DNA of 61,803 nucleotides, the filler included, from Choristocarpus tenellus KU-1152 (taxonomy: Eukaryota; Protista; Phaeophyceae), in NCBI GenBank assembly GCA_964200185.2. It is 13 parts of 13 records of this genome, joined end to end, with 100 filler letters (N's around TTAATTAATTAA, not from the genome) between each part and the next. Parts side by side here need not be neighbours in the genome. Positions count along the whole stretch, not along the records: positions 24,799 to 27,900 come from CAXNAD020022312.1; positions 28,001 to 31,654 come from CAXNAD020018700.1; positions 31,755 to 37,873 come from CAXNAD020008898.1; positions 37,974 to 42,159 come from CAXNAD020015792.1; 9 more parts are not named here. One strand, 5' to 3'. The position numbers and the translations under genes are program-made. Positions 26,888 through 38,979 of this stretch are shown here, piece by piece; positions within the stretch are counted from its first letter, which is position 1, and each line of letters starts with the position of its first letter. The notes beneath the pieces were generated by a model. That model saw nothing but the letters and a program-made list of their open reading frames with translations, was not told the DNA's origin and ran no database searches.

Positions 26888-27774
26888 GCAAGGCATCTGT
26901 CGGAGAGACAGAACCTCAACGTGATCAACCCCAAGGAAATAATGCTGCACAAGATCATCGGGGAGGGGAGTTTTGGAAGGGTTTGGAGTGGTAGATGGCG
27001 CAGCAGCAGTGTGAGTGTGTTTGTACAGGTTCTTGAAGAAGAGAAGATCTCACCGCCTTTTTGTTTTAGTATCAAGATTTTCCATAATTAGTCAGGCGTG
27101 TTGCCTTGACTTGTCAAGATTGCTGGTGTACTACAAATGATATGGTATGGTGTTGTACTACATGGATGGCGTTTTTGAGGCGATTAAAACTCAGTGACTT
27201 TGTAGGTGCATCAGTTCGCTTGTGTTTTTTATTTTTTATTATTTTTATTGATGGCGATTCGGCTTCGTTATGTTTTTTTTTTAATCTCTTGGGTTTTGTA
27301 TTATTTTTCAAAGCTTTTTTTTTTATGCCATTCCGTAGTGAGCCTTCACATAAAATATGTTCACATAAAATAATTCACATAAAATAGTTTATTTTTTAAA
27401 ACACATGTATCTCATCAAAATAAATAAATTATGGCCAGGCGGTGATCTTTCGTTCTCATGGCGATCATACCTCTTGGAGAAAACAGTACATGGCCAGCAT
27501 GACGAGTTGGGACATGAAGTGTAACTGCCTTGTAACTGCCTTGTTGACTGCCTTCTTGTGCTGAGTCCTGACGCCATCCTCTCTTTATTTTATTTTTTTG
27601 TCTCTCATTGTACAGGTGGCGGTGAAGGAGTTTGTATTCGCTCAGGCGGCAATTGCTGGTGGCTCGTTGCAGCGCAATGAGCTGATTGAGGAGATTGTGG
27701 GGGAGGCAGCGATAATGAGCTACCTTAGACATCCCCGGATACTTCATTTGTATGGGTGTTCCCTCACCTCTCAG
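26888..27774 (+). CDS. TKL (Raf-like/MAP3K-type) protein kinase, N-lobe exons
   Basis: Exon 26888-27010 (INPKEIMLHKIIGEGSFGRVWSGRWR) and exon 27616-27774 (VAVKEF...EAAIMSYLRHPRILHLYGCSL) give the GxGxFG loop, VAVK and alphaC Glu. A possible upstream exon lies at 25994-26029 (NEFRERFKKAMQ). Confidence 0.9.
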
Positions 27775-27775
27775 G

Positions 27776-27900
27776 TATGGTATTATGGTATGGTATTATG
27801 GTATGGTATTATGGTATGGTATGGGATGGGATGGGATGTATGGTATATATGGTATGGTATGGTATGGTATAGTATGGTATGGTATGGTATAGTATGGTAT
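27776..27900. repeat. (TATGG)n microsatellite
   Basis: Imperfect pentamer array running to the contig end. Confidence 0.9.
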
Positions 27901-28000
27901 NNNNNNNNNNNNNNNNNNNNNNNNNNNNNNNNNNNNNNNNNNNNTTAATTAATTAANNNNNNNNNNNNNNNNNNNNNNNNNNNNNNNNNNNNNNNNNNNN
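27901..28000. other. Artificial contig spacer
   Basis: 44 N + TTAATTAATTAA + 44 N. Confidence 0.97.
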
Positions 28001-28282
28001 GATGGGATGTAAATTTGTATTTCCCTTTCACCCTCACCAATCCCTCCCCCCCTCCCCCTTTTTTTTTGTACCCTAAATATGTATTTTTTTGTTTGTGTTG
28101 GTTACATCCTGTTTAAATGTAATAAAACTTTATTTGTAACACACTTGACATATCTTATGATGTGTATGATTGAAGGTGTACCCTTGGCATTGATGCGTTA
28201 ATGATACTTTGCTACGATGATCTGTCAGTGGTATGTTATGTAAACACACTTACTCACACATACTATGTGTGGTTTTGATCAG

Positions 28283-29422
28283 GTATACTCCTGTGGTCTG
28301 GGGGACTGTGTGGGTGGTGACGGCACTGACAGGAGACAGGCAAGAAAAATTAAGCATAAAACACGTCTAGCAAGTATGGTGAACACTGTAGTGAGACTTT
28401 TCACTTTTCACTTTTTTTGATGAATGCAAGTTGCACAAGTCCCATCACTGGGAGAAAGGGTTGATCTTTTGTTTAGGGTTAGGGTTCTGTTGAATACAGG
28501 CATTACCACAAGGCAGTATAGCCAAAATATGTGATACAATGAATGTGTCTACCACTATCGCAGAATATACATACAATTTGTTTGGATTCATCTTTGGCGC
28601 CCATGATTCTTAATGTGTGTGTGATTAACATCGGTGTCTCTTGTGCTATGAGAGTACAGTGGATCAGTTCTGTGGATCTAAGTTTGACAACTGTAGCGTT
28701 AATGATGACTATGTATTGTTGCTGTTGTTGAAAGGTGCACTAACCCTTCACTGCTCAAGGTTTCAGGATGGATCACTCTGTATCTGTAGTGATGATGCCT
28801 TCCCTTGATATTTTTTTGCTCTGGCTGTCTATCATCATTTTCAAATTGATATTGCTGTCAGCACCATGTAGTATATGCAAATTTGAGTCAGATAAACTGA
28901 GAGGGTGATGCCGAGATGTAACGGCCTTCTAACACTCTAGTGGCACATGAGTGGATTAAGTTTTTGTTTACGGAAGCAAGTGATCATTGTGGACATCCTT
29001 TTTTGAACGCCTTCATCTTCCATATAAAAACATCTTGAAACTTGAGATGACCAAAACACATCCACCTCTTGGTTGGTTTGACTCAATCTCAACTCATTCC
29101 TGGACACAATCTGTTGGTACTTTGCAGACCAGACTTCTACCTCTGCTGAGTATCATGTTCTGATACACAACGCACTCCTAATGATCTTTACGATACTTCA
29201 GATATTATAGTTCATTGTTGGTATTATTATCATTATTATTTTCATTAGTATACTCCTGATGACCATTATGATTTTCGTTGCTATGCAATATGCAAACAGG
29301 CAACTCTTGTGGAATCCCTTGTGGGTTTCCCATCTGTTTGGATGGTGTGTGGTAACAGTCACTCTGTGGTGGTGGGCTCCACTGGGGCTGCAATGTCTTT
29401 TGGTTTCAACAATCATGGGCAG
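28283..29422 (+). CDS. RCC1-repeat protein, two internal exons
   Basis: 28283-28339 (VYSCGLGDCVGGDGTDRRQ) plus 29300-29422 (ATLVESLVGFPSVWMVCGNSHSVVVGSTGAAMSFGFNNHGQ) fit the RCC1 consensus VYxxG...LVExL.G....CG..HS.....G....FG.N..GQ. Not in the ORF track. Confidence 0.75.
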
Positions 29423-31619
29423 GTGAGGGCGGGGCAGCAGGGGAGAGATATTTGGGGTTAGTACTTTTTTGAACTAGAAGTTAAACATTTTCTGGATTAT
29501 ATTTTCATGATTGAGCATCTCTACAGGCAATATTTTAGGTAACACCTATTAGCAGGTAGTGGGGAGGGATTTAGAGTCAGGGTGGGATATAGGGGATACT
29601 GAACATCTAATGATCACGTTAGTTCAATACTTGTAAGTAGTAGTACTGGCATAAATTAATAAGAGTATGTGGCTGATATGATAAGTGCTTTGACTTTTGA
29701 ACAGTCGGAGGAGGGTGGGGATGGACCATTTGAGGTATGAGGTTTGTGGGAGGTACACCAATAATTTTTCCTTTTGAAACATGAGTTATGCTTCAATAGT
29801 TGGTTTCTTTGCAATGTATAGTTGTCAGAAAAGGGTGGACAAAACAGGAAAACTTTACCTTAGTACAACTTAGTGCGACATATCAGTAGCATACTGGATA
29901 TAGTATTCTGTTCATGCCATTATTACAACATAATGTAGGACTGTTTTTCGATCATTTGTCGTATTATTATTGGATATATATATATATTGAGGGTAGTATA
30001 CAAGATAATAAAACAATCTGTCATTTTTCGAGTTAGACTAGAAACAAAATATGGTTGGAAATGTGGGGGAAAGTTAGATCTAATGCTATTGGCTTGGGGT
30101 CGTAACTCCACCTGAAATGTGAGATGCATTACATTTTAAGGCCAAATTTGGAGAAGATAATTGAGTCCCACAATGTAGACTGGAGGAAATCAAACTGCTG
30201 TGGAATCTGCCAGAGGTCGACTCATCCATGAAATATATATGTAATGAAAGGTTGACATCTGAATGCATCGATCGAGGTACAGTAGCATCTTTGATGAACA
30301 ATACAGCATGCAATATTGTGGATTATCTGTGTAAGAGGAGCATTTCTGTTTTGGGGGTATTTTTTGAAGTTTCATATTTACACGGTTATTGTACCTGTTC
30401 ATGGTGTGAAACCTATGTCATTAGAATGGTGATATAAACAGGACTCATAGGATATGTTTTTGGTGGCTTTGGTGACAGAAATCGTTTTAGTTGGCAGTGC
30501 AGAACATTTTGAGAAGAAAATCCTTGGAATATTCTGAGTGTACTTGGAGTCTTCGAAGTGCTGCTGGGTCGTCTTTTGATACCCACTTTTAAATTACAGT
30601 TAAGATTAATTAGCTTAGACATTGTCATTGTTGCCATCTTCCACCATGGGGTTCACCTCATGATTCTTGTGCAAAGTCTCCTCACCTACTCCCCCCTCTA
30701 CAGCATCCTTTTATCTGGCTAACTTGTCCATATCTTTGAGCTCATCCGGAGTATTCAGTTTGTTTGAACACATCTCCCTTCAATATCTTGCCTCTTCTTG
30801 ATGTATTTGTTATCTCCCTCTGGGCACGGGCAATAAATTCGCCAGTCTGCTGGTTTCTGTCCATCCTCAATCCAATTCCAGTTGGGGTCACCTTATCACC
30901 CCAGCATTATCCGATCTCTCAATTGGCCAATCGTTCTCCCCTTTGCAACTTGCTCCGTGAGGACCCTTCAGCATTCAACCAGGAACCTGTGAGTATGTGC
31001 TTCCTCTCCTCTGTCAGAGGTAGAATCTTGATTTGACCCCTTCTTCCACACATAGCTCCAGGATGGTTGGTACCCAGACCCCTCCGTTAGAGTTCCATCC
31101 CAAGCTTTGTCTTAAATCAGGTGTCACCAAATCCTGGTTTAATATCATGATATTGTATATCGTAAACAATTCACAAGAAGTGCTGTATGTATATACATTA
31201 TTGAAGAGTTCCATCTCGCTGAGATGTGGTTTAAGGAGCTTGTGCCTCTTAGCAGAGTCACATTTGGACAATCCCCCTCCCACCCCCACAGGTGTAACAG
31301 ATTTCCCCTTTCTTCTTACAAGTTTTCATGATGCAGAACATCTCATCACATCCCACTCCTTCTACTTGGCAGATACCCCCCACTCTGCCTCAGTTTAGCC
31401 CGTATATGTATATATATATGTTGATAACAAAGTGGTAGTACAGGATCAGTAGTACTTGCCCATGCCCCTCAGAAAGCACCTCTCCACTGACCAACTTGGG
31501 TTTCTCCATTTGCTCTTTGGCATCAGCTTCCCTAACCTCTTTAGCAGTACGTCTGGTGGCATCTTCTGCCCATATCTTCCTTGCTGAAGTTGTCCAAGCC
31601 CTTCCCTAGTCTTTCCTCG

Positions 31620-31654
<35 letters not shown>

Positions 31655-31754
31655 NNNNNNNNNNNNNNNNNNNNNNNNNNNNNNNNNNNNNNNNNNNNTT
31701 AATTAATTAANNNNNNNNNNNNNNNNNNNNNNNNNNNNNNNNNNNNNNNNNNNN
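31655..31754. other. Artificial contig spacer
   Basis: 44 N + TTAATTAATTAA + 44 N. Confidence 0.97.
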
Positions 31755-32043
31755 GATGCCCTGCAAAGGGAATGTAAGCGGTCAATGACCCTTTAGGCAT
31801 TCAACTTCCATGGCAAAAACCCCATGGAAACAGTGCCAAACTCAAGTAATTACATGAGCATAAAAAAACATGTCCTTTGCCCCTACTACTCTCCCAGCTG
31901 CATTACATCCTCCCCTTTGGTTGTCTGTCTTCCATTGCAGCAAAGGCACTTTTCCCGTAAAACAGAGCCTCTCCTAAACAACCCAGGGATGAAGATTCTT
32001 TGAACAAATGGGGTGATGGACCAACAGGTATTTTGCCACTCAC

Positions 32044-32310
32044 CTCCTCTGAACCCACTGGTGTACTGGGCCTGGTCGTAAGGTCTGTACAGTATGCCGC
32101 CAGGTCCACCTGAGTTGGGATATCCACCGCTGTGTGGACCTTTGTATTGTTGTTTATGAAGCGAGATAGGCACAGGATCAAGTATTTGGGGAGTTTTGCA
32201 ACCCGCTGCTCTGTGACCATTGTCGAATTGCAGTTACGGCAGTAGATCTCGCTGACACCTTGCAGTTGGGCCAAGGGGTGAGAATTGTGTGATTATTGCA
32301 AAGCAAGATC
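32044..32310 (-). pseudogene. Ubiquitin-specific protease (peptidase C19) fragment, apparently disrupted
   Basis: QLQGVSEIYCRNC...VAKLPKYLILCLSRF...KVHTAVDIPTQVDLAAY matches the USP CxxC and LPxxLxxxLxRF boxes. Donor GAG/GTGAGT at 32044. An in-frame TAA lies between the nearest plausible acceptor (about 32310) and the domain. Confidence 0.6.
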
Positions 32311-32489
32311 TGCCAAATAAAACTACATCTTAGCCTCATTCCACGTGACTTCTTTTTTTTACTCCTTGATGCTCGAAATTGATACCAGCAAATGGTATGG
32401 ATGGGCTACCTGGTACTGGTGCTGGTACTATTTCTGGTACCACGACTGTTACCGATAACTACTGCAGTACTGAGTTCTACTATTTGCAG

Positions 32490-33215
32490 AGTATGCCCTC
32501 CGTGCTGTGCCCATCTCCCTTGTAAGTCCTGCTTAAAATGCATGACACGTCTAGACATTGCCACTTGCGTAGTTATCGGGACAATTTGGCGTAGTCGGGA
32601 TTTAATTACTCCTTTCCTGCTATATCCTCCTGCTCCTCTCCCCCCTACCATGTGAGTAGCCAGCTCATCCAGGAAGCATTCCGCTTGCTTGCTGATTCAC
32701 CCAAAACTTGCCATCACAAAGGTGTTGAGGTTATAGCTACGAGGACCAAAAGAGCCCTCATAGTGGGCGCCCTTTCGCACCCCAGCTGCAGCAGCAGCTA
32801 CATCATTGCTGGTGGATGAAGTGAGAGGTTGCCTGTACCTCAGCGAATGTGACATCTAGCAGAAGGCCTTTGTCCCTGTGTGTAGGGGGCTGTTCCAGCG
32901 TCCGCCAGTGCCCCTGCATGGAACACCAGATTCATGCGGAGATTCCTGTTCACTGTGAAAGGGCTGCCATCCTCCATAGTGCAAGGGATGCCCATCCCCT
33001 TGCATAGTTGGTGCAGGCGTTTCACCATTATTGGAGTGTGCTGTCGTACCTGTCCCTCTGCCCTGGGTCGGGTACGGGCATGTCTGATATCAACATCTTG
33101 CCTCCTGCACCCTGCCACTGCACACCTGTTGGATAGGGCCTCCTGCCCCCCTAGGTATTTGCTGATTGTGAGCTTAAATTCCAGAGCGGGGATCTGGCAT
33201 GCTGGCATCATTCAC
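32490..33215 (-). mobile_element. 5'-truncated non-LTR retrotransposon, C-terminal restriction-like endonuclease region (CRE/RLE type)
   Basis: Joined across frameshifts: C..C....HAR...RQH...L...GIP..EDG...LRMNLV...LLLDVTF...AAAAG.RK.AHY...FVMASFG*I...FLDELATH.VGG...RLRQ.....QVAMSRRV. This is a decayed CCHC + RH + PD..D..K RLE architecture. Confidence 0.75.
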
Positions 33216-33384
33216 ATGATGGACGATTTTTTGTTTTAGGGTGAGACTGTGAGTCGTTTTTGTGTGCGTTATTAAGTAAATAAGTATTATAACAACACTC
33301 ACTGCACCACTGGAGGAGGAAATTCTATGTCTCAATTCAGATTTTGATTTCTGTCCAATTCAACTTCCACTTCAGACACCTACT

Positions 33385-36107
33385 ATGAGAGTTTTGCAAA
33401 CCCTAGCTCTCCTAGCAGGGCCTGTTGTGGGACTCAGGTCCTTGCGGGTAGGATGGATGCCTCCACAACATCAATCGATTTACCTGGCCGGGGGTCAAGG
33501 GGCTATAAATTCAGACTACTCAGATGAAAGCATGTACGGAATGGGCTTCGACTTCGGGACGAGGTTGGTTCTTATATCGAAGTACAAGTAACATGATATA
33601 GTACTATGGCAGCACGAACACAGCACCCCTGTCTATCACAAGGTAGTACTTATTGGGAGGGTAGAGGTGCCACAGATAGTAGCTGTTGCAATTGTTGCCA
33701 TAGGGTATTTACAAAATAGTACTCCCCTGTCGGCCCTTATTCCACTGCATCATGTGCACAAGAACAACGAACAACGAACAACGAACAACGGATGAAGCCC
33801 CCTCCCCCCTGCACATCAAGACGAGGAAAAGTAAGATATTGGCCTCTCCTGTAGATCATCCTCCTTCAATATTTGGCTAATAGCGCTTTGCCTCCTCTTC
33901 CTTGGCATGTACCCGACATTTGAATCCCTAACTCGAAACACAAGCGGACTTTATTCCCACGTTGTCGTGCAACCTTGCAGTGGCGTAAGAGCTACTGTCA
34001 TCGATAACCATGGTACCGTAAGCTTCGAGACAGCGCTGCGATGGACGACCCCAGACGATCCAGCGGAGTGGTTACGTGCTTCGGATGTGCTCATGATGGA
34101 TATACCGGAGACACTTAGGAGGTAACACTCTACATTCGTGATGAGCTTATTGACTTGCGGTCGTGAACTGTGCGTGTGGCGATGCATGGATTTTCCCCCC
34201 TACACCCTGAAAAGGGAAACGAGGTCGGCCTTCTCCCCTTGTCAGTCGACTGGTGTGGAGTTCAAGCCTATGTTCTTGCGTGACCTTGCGTCTACTTTGC
34301 TGTAGTGTTGACTCTGGAATGTCACCTCTGGGATGTCAACTCTGGGATGAAGTTGGACTATTAAGTGCAGATAATGATTAGCATCCAATTAGTGAGCTGT
34401 ATAGATTTAGATTTGAGTGTACAATTCAAACTGTTCTCGTTCTACAGGTTTTATAAGACACGCGCAAAAAATAGCAGCACTTGAAAGCTTAAGGGTGAAA
34501 AATGAGCTGCATCAAACACCATCCGTGTGTTGTAATATCCTTGCATGCATTTCAAAATAATCTGGGGTGTATTATGGTTCCCTCTAGGTGGAGCAATGAC
34601 CTGGAATGATCTTTTTGAGAACAAACTCTCACGTATCAAGTTGGATTTGTGGCCTGCAGAGTGAAGTACTAATAATCACTCTAATACTGCTGCTGCTCCT
34701 ACACATTATCTCCCCAGAAATATTTACAGGATCTGTATCAGTGGAACATCTGCTTCATGCCTCTTGGTCAATGCTGAAGAACCCACCATGGTTGGTTATC
34801 CTGCTTAGTTCCTCTTTTTTTGTATAGTTTAGACCTCAAATGTTGTATAAATATTGGTATCAGATTTGAATTCTTCGCAACATGGTTTGTTAGAATGCAA
34901 AGATTCGTTTGGGTAATCATGGTGGCACAGCCGACGCTCTCAACCCCTTACATCTGTTCCTTCCTTGGTATTTTGCAAAGGTGACACGAGGTCCCCGCAT
35001 GTATGGGTACAACACTCTAGCTGAGCTCCCTCTGCTATCAACCAAGGCTCTCCGCATATTAAAAGGCGTGGCACCTGAAAAACACACCACCCTTGTGAGA
35101 TGCCACCAACAGACTTGGGGGGAGGGCTGTAACCTAAGAGGGGGAAAAGACTAGGGGAGGAAATGAGAAAGTAGAAAATAGTAACGACAAGCAGCACGCC
35201 TTCACCCTTCTCCTTTTAGTTGCAATCTAGTGTACTCCAGGTATAGGTTGGTGTTGCAGTGACAAGCTAAACTAACCCTTCCAATGCACTCCAGGGTGTC
35301 ACTGTTGTGGGGTGTCCCCCCAACACAGTTTGGCAGAGTGTTTGAAGTGTTCAGTCACATCCATTCGATGCACCAGTTAATCTGCAACCTCTCATGGCCC
35401 TCACGCCCCATTCCCCCCTCTTCCTCACCCACACACATGTCGCTACCCTTGCCCTTGGTTCTCCATCCGGTGGCACTACAGAGTGGAACATCAGCACTAA
35501 TGAAGCTCTTGTGCTGGCACCTAGAGAGCCCAGTCTCCTCTGAAGAGTTGTTTGCACACCAAGCAGACTACATATCCACATACATCAGTGGCTCTCGGGT
35601 ATGTAGTGGTGGGTGGGGGGAAGACCAAATGCCCCTGCAGAGTACTATATACTGCTATCCCTCTAGCAGGGTGCCCTCAAGGATCATGGCCTGGTCCTGA
35701 TGGGGGATAATGAAGGTTGTTGACCTCTCTCCTTGTAGGCTTTGATCCCCTGTTGTGTTTAGGGTGCACTTTGTGAGAGTTCTATTTATTTTTTTCCAGG
35801 TTCCCTGGAGTGGTTTCAATTGTGTGGAAAGCAGTCTATGTGGAAGCGCAGGGATAGTATGGAAGGAAGATCTAGAAATATGAGTACCAAGTATCACCTT
35901 TACTCTCCTCTCTTTTGTCCCACTTGGAAGATGGTGTATATCCCGACCAACATCCAATCACAAAACAATCTCTCCCAGGGTGTTGGGTCAGTGGTTTCAG
36001 ACTGGAACAATGCGCTTAAGGCTGGCTATGATGTGGAGGAGCTCCGGTGGCCTAAGTGGCTGTTGGACAATCCCATTGGGCAGGAGCTAGAGCACTGCTT
36101 ACCCAAG
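33385..36107 (+). CDS. FGGY-family carbohydrate kinase, D-ribulose kinase / XK1-like, exons 1-6, putative plastid-targeted
   Basis: Exons 33385-33563, 33981-34121, 34718-34790, 34981-35094, 35482-35598 and 35979-36107 are in phase. Motifs GFDFGTSGVRATVID, ISGTSAS, APEKHT.LSGTSALMKL, HQADY and SDWNNALKAGYD...WPKWL...LPK match plant XK1/D-ribulose kinase. The N-terminus is signal-peptide-like. Confidence 0.9.
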
Positions 36108-37873
36108 GTGTGGTTTATTCAGGGTTGGTGTGGAGGTGTGGCACCTTTTCTAGCCATTCCTTGTCTCTTCACCTGTCACTCAATGGTAGACAGGGGAGGG
36201 GATGAGCGAGTGTATCTATACAGGTTACTTTTAGTATAATGATGCCCTTCTGACTAACCCTTCTCCTTTCAATACTCCACCACATGCCTCAACCACTGTA
36301 CGTTATTGAGTACTAGTACTAGTACAGTACTAGTACTCAGAGTACTTGGTGTTCATTGGTTCAGTATGGCTCAGTGTTGTACACTCCTCACCTCTGTTGA
36401 TGTGGTTTAGGAGCCAGGTATGCACACACCCAAGGATACAACTCTATTCCTGAGTTGATGTGTTTGTTAGCGTAATCCACACCAGCTTGTGGTTGTACAA
36501 CCCTGCTGGTACTGTTTTTTGCATAGTTGATCGCTTTGAAATACTTTGAAGTTTTTTTTTAGAGAGAACAGGTCCAGTTTGGGAGTCGTATAACCAAGCA
36601 GTGAGTGTATATTGACTAAGGGAAAATTCCGATGCCATTCTGAGGGCACTATTTACATGTAACTAAAACTTGTAATGAGGGAACGTATGCGATCGTATAC
36701 ATGTAGGAGGACGAGTTGGGTGAAGAGCAGAGATACCAGTTTCTCCTCTCGATGCCCCTCTCAAGCATCGCCAACGGTCATGCGCACATACCAGCTTCGC
36801 TTTAGAATAATAAATTAACATCCAATCAGAGAGCTGGAGGTGCCAGGCACGGGTTGTCATTGCAGCAACAGGCGTTGCTTGCCCGCATTGATTCGTAAGT
36901 GTGTGAAACAGGATTGAAAGTGTGAGGCAGGGACAGCTACATATGGAGTAGACAGCTGTGTGTGGGTGTTTTTTTTTTGTTTTTTTTTTTTGAGGTGAAA
37001 CTGTCGAATGGAACAATTACGATTTTGGTGTTGGTGGCGGGTTCAAGACAACTTTGGGCGTATCTAGCATGATCTTTGGCGACTATCTTTTTGTGCCTTC
37101 TAATACGGCTCCCTCGCGTATTCAGCCTGCTCCTGCTCTTGTTGGTCCTCGCCACCCTAGTGTTTCATGCGTCACCTTTCTTGCGGATGCTCCTATACCA
37201 TAGGTAGTCATGCCTGGAGGAGAGATAGGGAGGATGTCGCCAGAGCTAGCCAACAAGTGGGTGCCTTTTTGTTGTTGTTTTGTGACAGTGATAGTTGCAT
37301 CCCAATTGATAATTGCATCTAGATTGTTGTACTGATGGCCGGTTTTGATGCCTACTTCGAAGTATGCCAGAATTGAATGCAGTGCATTGCCTGTACAACC
37401 ACGTGCCAGACATATCGAGTACTAGAAAAGACCTGATCAACCTATCCCATCTGCCTTACCTGCTACAGTGACTGTGAGCACTTAGATAGTGGTGTACATA
37501 CATAACTCTGTTTTTTGGCAGTAGGAGCGCTGACCCATGACTGCCTAGTATTGCCCAATTTGAAGTGGGTTATGAAATGCATCGTCCTTTGATCGGTGCT
37601 TGTCATGGTCGTGCATTATACTGAGTTTGAGGGGTTGCCACTGGAGGCGTATACTTCATATTATATATATATATATAAAGCACATGCACACCAGTGAGAC
37701 GGCCTCTCTTGCGTGTGCATGCCTGTGCCTCTGACCTCTGTGTTGTCTTGGGATTCAAGCAGTCTTTTGTAGTGTTGGGGGGATGCTGTCCCTCATATTG
37801 GAACCTCTCTCCCCCCCCCCCCCCCCCCCCCCCCTCCTGGATCAACCGCAGGATGATCGAGTAATGATGTCTT

Positions 37874-37973
37874 NNNNNNNNNNNNNNNNNNNNNNNNNNN
37901 NNNNNNNNNNNNNNNNNTTAATTAATTAANNNNNNNNNNNNNNNNNNNNNNNNNNNNNNNNNNNNNNNNNNNN
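37874..37973. other. Artificial contig spacer
   Basis: 44 N + TTAATTAATTAA + 44 N. Confidence 0.97.
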
Positions 37974-38104
37974 ATAGTGTATGAAGGGATATGGGGGGGC
38001 GTATAGGAGGGGGGTAGGGGGTGGCTGCAGGCTTATAAATTTAGTCCTGACTAAGATACAACTGTGCAAAGAGTTGAGAAGATGTACTTGAAACAACCAC
38101 GAGA

Positions 38105-38628
38105 GAGTCAAAGTATCTTAGGGTTAGGGTAGGGCTGTGTCCATTTGGGGGTCAAAATCCAATGTAGCGATTTTGATGTAATCTTGGCCATCGTGTTTGG
38201 GTGAAAGTATCTTAGAGGGTACGAGTTTTGCCGTGTTTGTCGATTTGGCATCTGACTTCCCATGTCTTTTTTTATGATATCTTCCTACTCCAAAATGTTT
38301 TGGAGTAGGTAAAGCGTATACGTTATGAAAAGGTGTGTCCGGAACAAGGATATTGACACGTGCTAACAAACACGATAGCCAAAATTGCAACAAAATCGCA
38401 ACATTGGAGTTTGGCCCCCAAATTGACGCGACCTTACCCTCTAAGATACTTTGGCTCTTTGCTAGGAAGTGTCAATATCCTTGTTCTGGACACACCTTTT
38501 CATAACATAAACATTTTACCTGCTCCGAAAAATTTTGGAGTAGGAAAATGTCATTAAAAAACCATGGGAAGCCAAGCCCCAAATGGACAAACAGGGAAAA
38601 ACTCGTACCCTCTAAGATACTTTCACTC
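38105..38628 (+). mobile_element. MITE family A outer copy (TSD AGA) interrupted by a nested copy
   Basis: AGA|GAGTCAAAGTATCT ... AGATACTTTCACTC|AGA; the interior resumes at 38461 after the insert. Confidence 0.9.
38199..38457 (-). mobile_element. MITE family A nested inverted copy (TSD TTT)
   Basis: TTT|GGGTGAAAGTATCTTAGAGGGTA ... TACCCTCTAAGATACTTTGGCTC|TTT. Confidence 0.9.
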
Positions 38629-38979
38629 AGAAGCCATGAGCTAATCTCTTCATGTCATCCTCCTTCAATCCGAGGCAGAATACCAACAATATGCCTTAGA
38701 GCAGGGAAACAGAAGCATCTATTTTTACCGCCTGTTGCATAGAACATGTTGTTTGATATCATTGTCACTGCTAATATACCTAGGAACATTTCGACCATCG
38801 TTGTCAAGTTTAGAAGTACAAAGTACTCCGTGCTCTGGAGTAAATATTGGTGAATATGTTGCAGGTATCAACTGCTCTACAGTGTGGATACACCTCCCTC
38901 GCAAAGCCTTGAGATAGCTCAATGAATAAGGGCAAGGCTGTTCACGCACCTCCAAAAAAAAACCCAAACATGTTCGCAC

